Assembly (NCBI GenBank): GCA_965221035.1
Contig: OZ244860.1
Location: 3,733,414-3,797,413, forward strand
Direction: 5' to 3'
DNA length: 64,000 nucleotides
Source of the DNA: Candidatus Rariloculaceae bacterium
GTDB lineage: Bacteria > Pseudomonadota > Gammaproteobacteria > Steroidobacterales > Rariloculaceae
The position numbers and the translations under genes are program-made. Below the pieces are notes generated by a model that saw only the letters and a program-made list of their open reading frames with translations, ran no database searches and was not told the DNA's origin. Of the stretch, positions 59,718 to 64,000 are shown piece by piece (positions within the stretch are counted from its first letter, which is position 1; each line of letters opens with the position of its first letter).

Positions 59718-60650
59718 TTAAGCGAAATAAGGTTCGTGACTGCGATCGCGCCACACGTCCATTTCCTGTTCCTCAATAGGAAACAGGCCTGCCTCGTAGT
59801 CCGCGGTGTAGAGATCGGTATCGGAGAAGGTTTCGAAGCGATAGCCGCTGGGTTCGCGCCAGAGATCGAAAACGTGGCAGCCTTTCGGGTGACGTCCGAC
59901 ACCCCAGATCGATTCATGTTGCCGCTGCTTCAGCCAACGGTGAGACATAAACTGAGCTTCGGAGTCCTGCACCTCGAACGAGACGTGATGCAGGTCGTTT
60001 ATGCCAAACCCAAACAAGGCGATGGTGTGATGATCTACATATTCATCACCGCGATTGACACGATAAAACCCGGCCAGGTAATTGTCCGGTTTGCCACCGA
60101 AGAACCGATCACTTGGTAACAATCCCAGCACTTCGCGATACCACTTGTCGCACGCCGCCAGATCGCGCACGAATAGTCCTACATGACCCATCCGCAACAA
60201 TTGAGCTGGCCCGGTTGGCGAGGTGTGCTGTGGCACGCCTTTGCGCGGCTTGTCGTCGCCATTGTTGATCTCGAGATTGGGTCTCGGCTTCGCATCCGCC
60301 TTACGCGTCGCTATCCCGTGCACCAGCCTGATGGTCTTGCCGTCCGGGTCGCGCAGGTCGACAAAAGTGCCGCCACCAGGCGCCGACAACGGTGCAGGTT
60401 CCGTTGCGCCGTGCTCCTTCGCCGCACGCTCGAGATCTGCTTCATCGTCTGTTTCCAGCGCGGTAGTGACTAAAGAAGCATCAGCGGACGACTCAACAAT
60501 GACACTGTACTTGGCCGTGCCCGAACTGCGAAGATAAAGTGTATCACCTTCCTGCTCAGCTAAGACCAATCCAAAATCCTCAAGGAACGCTACAGTCTTG
60601 ACCGTATCCGGCACACCGATATGCATATGATGCAAACCAAGCAGGGCCAT
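59718..60650 (-). CDS. Two-domain VOC extradiol dioxygenase-like protein
   Basis: MGHVGL, DHHT, HHVSFEV, WGVGRH..G..VFDLWREPSG..FE. Confidence 0.88.
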   Translation of the reverse strand: MALLGLHHMHIGVPDTVKTVAFLEDFGLVLAEQEGDTLYLRSSGTAKYSVIVESSADASLVTTALETDDEADLERAAKEHGATEPAPLSAPGGGTFVDLRDPDGKTIRLVHGIATRKADAKPRPNLEINNGDDKPRKGVPQHTSPTGPAQLLRMGHVGLFVRDLAACDKWYREVLGLLPSDRFFGGKPDNYLAGFYRVNRGDEYVDHHTIALFGFGINDLHHVSFEVQDSEAQFMSHRWLKQRQHESIWGVGRHPKGCHVFDLWREPSGYRFETFSDTDLYTADYEAGLFPIEEQEMDVWRDRSHEPYFA

Positions 60651-60747
60651 GGCGAAAATCCCCATAGAGTAAGTTGCACGACCTAGACTAGCAGCTCGCT
60701 ACGCAGCAGTAAAATCAATAGATTTGGTGGAGTTGCATTGACGGAAC

Positions 60748-61809
60748 TTATAGCTTCGATTGCTCTTCGGCGATCATGTTTTCGATGCGTTTTCGAATAA
60801 GACTCACCGGACGATCCGCAACGACCAGCATCTCTTTATGCCGCGCAGCACCGAAGTCGATACGCTGCTCGACGGCGTTGATAGCATCAACGTCCTGTTG
60901 TCGAATTTTGCAATCCGACTCGCGCTGAAACTCGTCAACGCTCTCGTCGTTAAGGCGGAAATTGCGCGTGGAAAAGCCGAAGTAATGCGTAGAATGCTCG
61001 GTCTCCGGCGTGATGCCGTGCAGGATGTACAGTTCGCCGATACCATCCGGCACCGGTTGGCCGGAATCCAGCGACTTCGTGACGGGCAAGCTAGTCCGGA
61101 TAAACTCCGGACCGTAAAAGTCAGTGACCGACTCGAACTCAGATAAGCCCTCGAATCGAGCGTCCGGCCCGAAGATTATCTCGTGAAATGGCGTAAAGGG
61201 AACCTTGCTCCGGCGAATAAGCTGGTAGCTGTGCTCGCGCTCGGTCGCTTCCATGTCCGGGTTAGCCATGGCCTCGCCGCCCGGAATGTGATGATGCACG
61301 TACGGCAGGTGCGTGAGATCCATGAGGTTGTCGACTAACAACTGTGCACGCCCTTTGAGGCGGAAATAATTCTCAGAGCTGTATCGCCATCCATCCTGCC
61401 CGAGCCCAAAGTCGTCGTAAGGCGGAATCGAAACCTTGTCTTTCTGTTGCGGGTCACCAATGTATATCCAGCACAACGGCCCACGCTCGATGACCGGGTA
61501 GGTCGGCTGGCAAAACTTGCCTGGGACCTCCTGGGACGGGATCCGGGTGCAGCTCCCGTCAGCGGCGAACTCAAAGCCGTGGTACCCGCACACGATCACA
61601 TCACCATCGAGCCATCCTTTGGCCAGCGGAAAATATCGATGCGGACACAGGCCGTACATTGCAACGGGCGTACCGTCTTCCGTCCTGTATAGAACAACTG
61701 GCGTATCCAGCAAAGTTCTTTCGATCGGCTCCCGCGTAATCTCGTAGGAAAACGCCGCGATGTACCAACGATTCCTGACAATCCCGGTTTCATAGTCGAA
61801 CGGATACAT
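60748..61809 (-). CDS. Rieske oxygenase, VanA-like O-demethylase family
   Basis: RNRWY, CPHR, CGYHG, DNLMDLTHLPYVH, HGITPETE. Confidence 0.9.
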   Translation of the reverse strand: MYPFDYETGIVRNRWYIAAFSYEITREPIERTLLDTPVVLYRTEDGTPVAMYGLCPHRYFPLAKGWLDGDVIVCGYHGFEFAADGSCTRIPSQEVPGKFCQPTYPVIERGPLCWIYIGDPQQKDKVSIPPYDDFGLGQDGWRYSSENYFRLKGRAQLLVDNLMDLTHLPYVHHHIPGGEAMANPDMEATEREHSYQLIRRSKVPFTPFHEIIFGPDARFEGLSEFESVTDFYGPEFIRTSLPVTKSLDSGQPVPDGIGELYILHGITPETEHSTHYFGFSTRNFRLNDESVDEFQRESDCKIRQQDVDAINAVEQRIDFGAARHKEMLVVADRPVSLIRKRIENMIAEEQSKL

Positions 61810-61860
61810 CGAATCTTCCTGAAGCAGTTCGTTTTCCCTATTATTAGCGCGCTGCTTGCT

Positions 61861-61907
61861 ATTAACCAAATTATTTGTTTTTATGAAGACCTAGCCACTC
61901 AGTTGAT
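61861..61907 (-). promoter_or_regulatory. nod-box-like 47-bp site (class II)
   Basis: Minus strand ATC-AACTGAGTG-GCT-AGGTCTTC-ATA-AAAACAAAT-AAT-TTGGTTAAT. Confidence 0.65.
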
Positions 61908-61918
61908 AGGCATCCACG

Positions 61919-62824
61919 TTGCGACTGAAGGGTCTCGACCTAAATCTGTTAGTTGCACTCGACATTCTGCTCGAGGAGAAGAACGTATCCCGTTCCGCGG
62001 AACGTTTGCACCTCAGTCAGCCTGCCGCCAGTGCAGCTCTTGGTCGCCTGCGCGACTACTTCAACGACGACCTGCTCGTCATGCACGGCAAACGCATGAT
62101 CCCCACCTCGTATGCGCAAAGCCTCATACCCGAAGTCAAACGAATCCTCGGACACGTCGACGGGCTGATTTCAATGTCGGCCGAGTTTGATCCGCTGCGC
62201 TCGGAACGGGTCTTCACGCTCATGGCCTCCGACTATATTACGAGTGTTCTCGTCAATCCGATGGTCCCCGAGTTGCGCCGAATCGCGCCTGGCATTGGCC
62301 TCGATATCCGGCTCCCGGAAGAACTTCTTAATGTCGCCTTCGAACGCGGTGAAGTCGACCTCATGCTTGTTCCTGACGAATTTCTGCTTGAAGGTCATCC
62401 CGCGGAATTGCTGTTCGAGGACCACCACGTGGTTCTCGGCTGCCGGGACAATACCGCATTCGATGGATTCATTACTTCAGACACGTTTTTCGACCTCAGT
62501 CACATTGCCGTCACTTTAGGGCCGTCGCGGTTGCCATCATTCACGGAGCGCACATTGGCCGCGCAGGGACTTTCCAGGAAAGTCGATATCTACTCGCCGT
62601 ACTTTTCTGCGGTGCCATGGATGCTGATGGGCACGAACCGAATCGCTGTGTTACAGGAACGGCTGGCGAAAATGTTTGCGTCTGTCCTGCCACTCAAGTT
62701 TGCGCCGATGCCGTTCGACTTCCCGATGATGAAAGTCATGCTGCAATATCACAGCGTGCGGGCAACCGACCAGGGACAAATCTGGTTACGCGATTGGTTG
62801 CGCGCCACCGCGGAGCCACTCTAA
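61919..62824 (+). CDS. LysR regulator, NodD/FdeR-like (intact)
   Basis: RLKGLDLNLLVALD, LSQPAASAALGRLRDYFNDDL, MASDY, DQGQIWLR; TTG start. Confidence 0.92.
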   Translation: MRLKGLDLNLLVALDILLEEKNVSRSAERLHLSQPAASAALGRLRDYFNDDLLVMHGKRMIPTSYAQSLIPEVKRILGHVDGLISMSAEFDPLRSERVFTLMASDYITSVLVNPMVPELRRIAPGIGLDIRLPEELLNVAFERGEVDLMLVPDEFLLEGHPAELLFEDHHVVLGCRDNTAFDGFITSDTFFDLSHIAVTLGPSRLPSFTERTLAAQGLSRKVDIYSPYFSAVPWMLMGTNRIAVLQERLAKMFASVLPLKFAPMPFDFPMMKVMLQYHSVRATDQGQIWLRDWLRATAEPL

Positions 62825-62847
62825 CACCCGGCCTGGCCAACGTTCGT

Positions 62848-62894
62848 ATTATCGCGACCACTAGTAAGCCATAAAGAAAATCAGTTTGGCTTAT
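62848..62894 (+). promoter_or_regulatory. nod-box-like 47-bp site (class II)
   Basis: ATT-ATCGCGACC-ACT-AGTAAGCC-ATA-AAGAAAATC-AGT-TTGGCTTAT. Confidence 0.6.
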
Positions 62895-62950
62895 ACGTGC
62901 CTGGACGCTACGCTGAAAAAATGCCCAGCCCAGAAGAGAGAGGATTCTTC

Positions 62951-64000
62951 GTGAGCGCCAGCGAATCCGCGACGAAACTTTTCCGATGCAACCCCTCGGT
63001 ACCGGTAACACGCCCTGGCGAGTCATACGAACAATCGCCGTATCCCACCATTGACGTCCACAGCCATACTTTGATCCCCACCGTGGAGGGCCTTGTTGCC
63101 GGCCACCCGGACAGGGAGACTGAGGTAGCGGCAACCCAGGCGCAGTTCGGCGATGAAACGCGCAAAGTGAACGCCGCGATGATCGAATCCATCGGCCCGA
63201 AGCTCGTCGATATCGAGGTTCGCCTGGAGGATTTGGACGCCAGCGGCATCGACATGCAGGTCATCAGCTCAGCCCCGACGCAGTACTACTATTGGGCCGA
63301 GGAAGATCTGGCGCGCAGCATCGTTGCGACGACGAACGAGGCCATCGACGAAATTTGTGCGGCACACCCCGACCGGTTTATCGGACTCGGTACGGTATCG
63401 CTCCAGTTCCCGAAACTCGCTGCTCAACAGCTTGAAGACCTGATCCGCAACCGCGGACTGAAGGGCGTACAGATTTCGACGTTGGTTAACGACATCGACA
63501 TTGCGGATCGTCGCTTTGATCCGTTCTGGGCAAAGGCAGACGAACTTGGCGCCGTAGTCTTCATCCATCCGTGGGGGACTACGCTTGGTCCGCGAGTCGC
63601 GGAGTACTACCTGATGAACACGCTCGGGCAACCGCTGGAAACCACTATCTGCCTGTCCAAGCTGATCCTCGGCGGTACGTTGGATCGCCACCAGGGCCTG
63701 AAGATCATTGCCGCCCACGGCGGCGGGTTCCTGCCAACCTACAGCGTTCGCATGGACCAAGGACACGCGGCACGACCCGACACCGGGTGCTGCGAATGCC
63801 GTCCGAGTGACTACCTGCGGCGCATCTGGTTCGATTCAGTCGTGTTCGATCCCGATCATCTAGAGCACCTGGTCGCAACCGTAGGCAAAGAGCAGGTCCT
63901 GACCGGAACCGACTATCCTTTCGACATGGGCCATTACAACCCGGCGGCACTCGTCGCCAACCTCGATGAGCAATCGCAGCGGGCCATTCTCGGCGGCAAT
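62951..64000 (+). CDS. Amidohydrolase-2 (ACMSD/LigW-like decarboxylase or hydrolase), runs off window
   Basis: Manual translation: IDVHSH, GIDMQVIS, VFIHP, AAHGGGFLP, GTDYPFDM; absent from the ORF track because no stop falls in the window. Confidence 0.9.
   Translation, partial: MSASESATKLFRCNPSVPVTRPGESYEQSPYPTIDVHSHTLIPTVEGLVAGHPDRETEVAATQAQFGDETRKVNAAMIESIGPKLVDIEVRLEDLDASGIDMQVISSAPTQYYYWAEEDLARSIVATTNEAIDEICAAHPDRFIGLGTVSLQFPKLAAQQLEDLIRNRGLKGVQISTLVNDIDIADRRFDPFWAKADELGAVVFIHPWGTTLGPRVAEYYLMNTLGQPLETTICLSKLILGGTLDRHQGLKIIAAHGGGFLPTYSVRMDQGHAARPDTGCCECRPSDYLRRIWFDSVVFDPDHLEHLVATVGKEQVLTGTDYPFDMGHYNPAALVANLDEQSQRAILGGN

Overview
GC-rich bacterial window, probably proteobacterial (three TonB-dependent receptors, NodD-like regulators); the host cannot be fixed from sequence alone. 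1-4.4 kb: a DUF4863-type gene end and a 4-hydroxybenzoyl-CoA-reductase-like (hcrCAB) molybdoenzyme. 4.5-13.8 kb: two tandem small membrane/coiled-coil paralogs, a DUF5916-type protein and housekeeping genes (pgi, DegT-type aminotransferase, tRNA-Val, ugd, gltX). 13.9-64 kb: a ~50 kb aromatic-catabolism region that reads as a flavonoid/polyphenol degradation island. It combines (i) homologs of the gut-anaerobe route (bacterial chalcone isomerase, PhlG/phloretin-hydrolase-like C-C hydrolase, and a full set of families for reductive phloroglucinol degradation), (ii) an aerobic fde-like flavonoid ring-cleavage gene set present as two inverted, reciprocally decayed copies, (iii) exported MBL-fold sulfatase-like enzymes and a VanA-like Rieske oxygenase, and (iv) three NodD-like LysR genes with about nine nod-box-like sites in two spacing classes. 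All family assignments come from motif recognition and memory, not from database searches.
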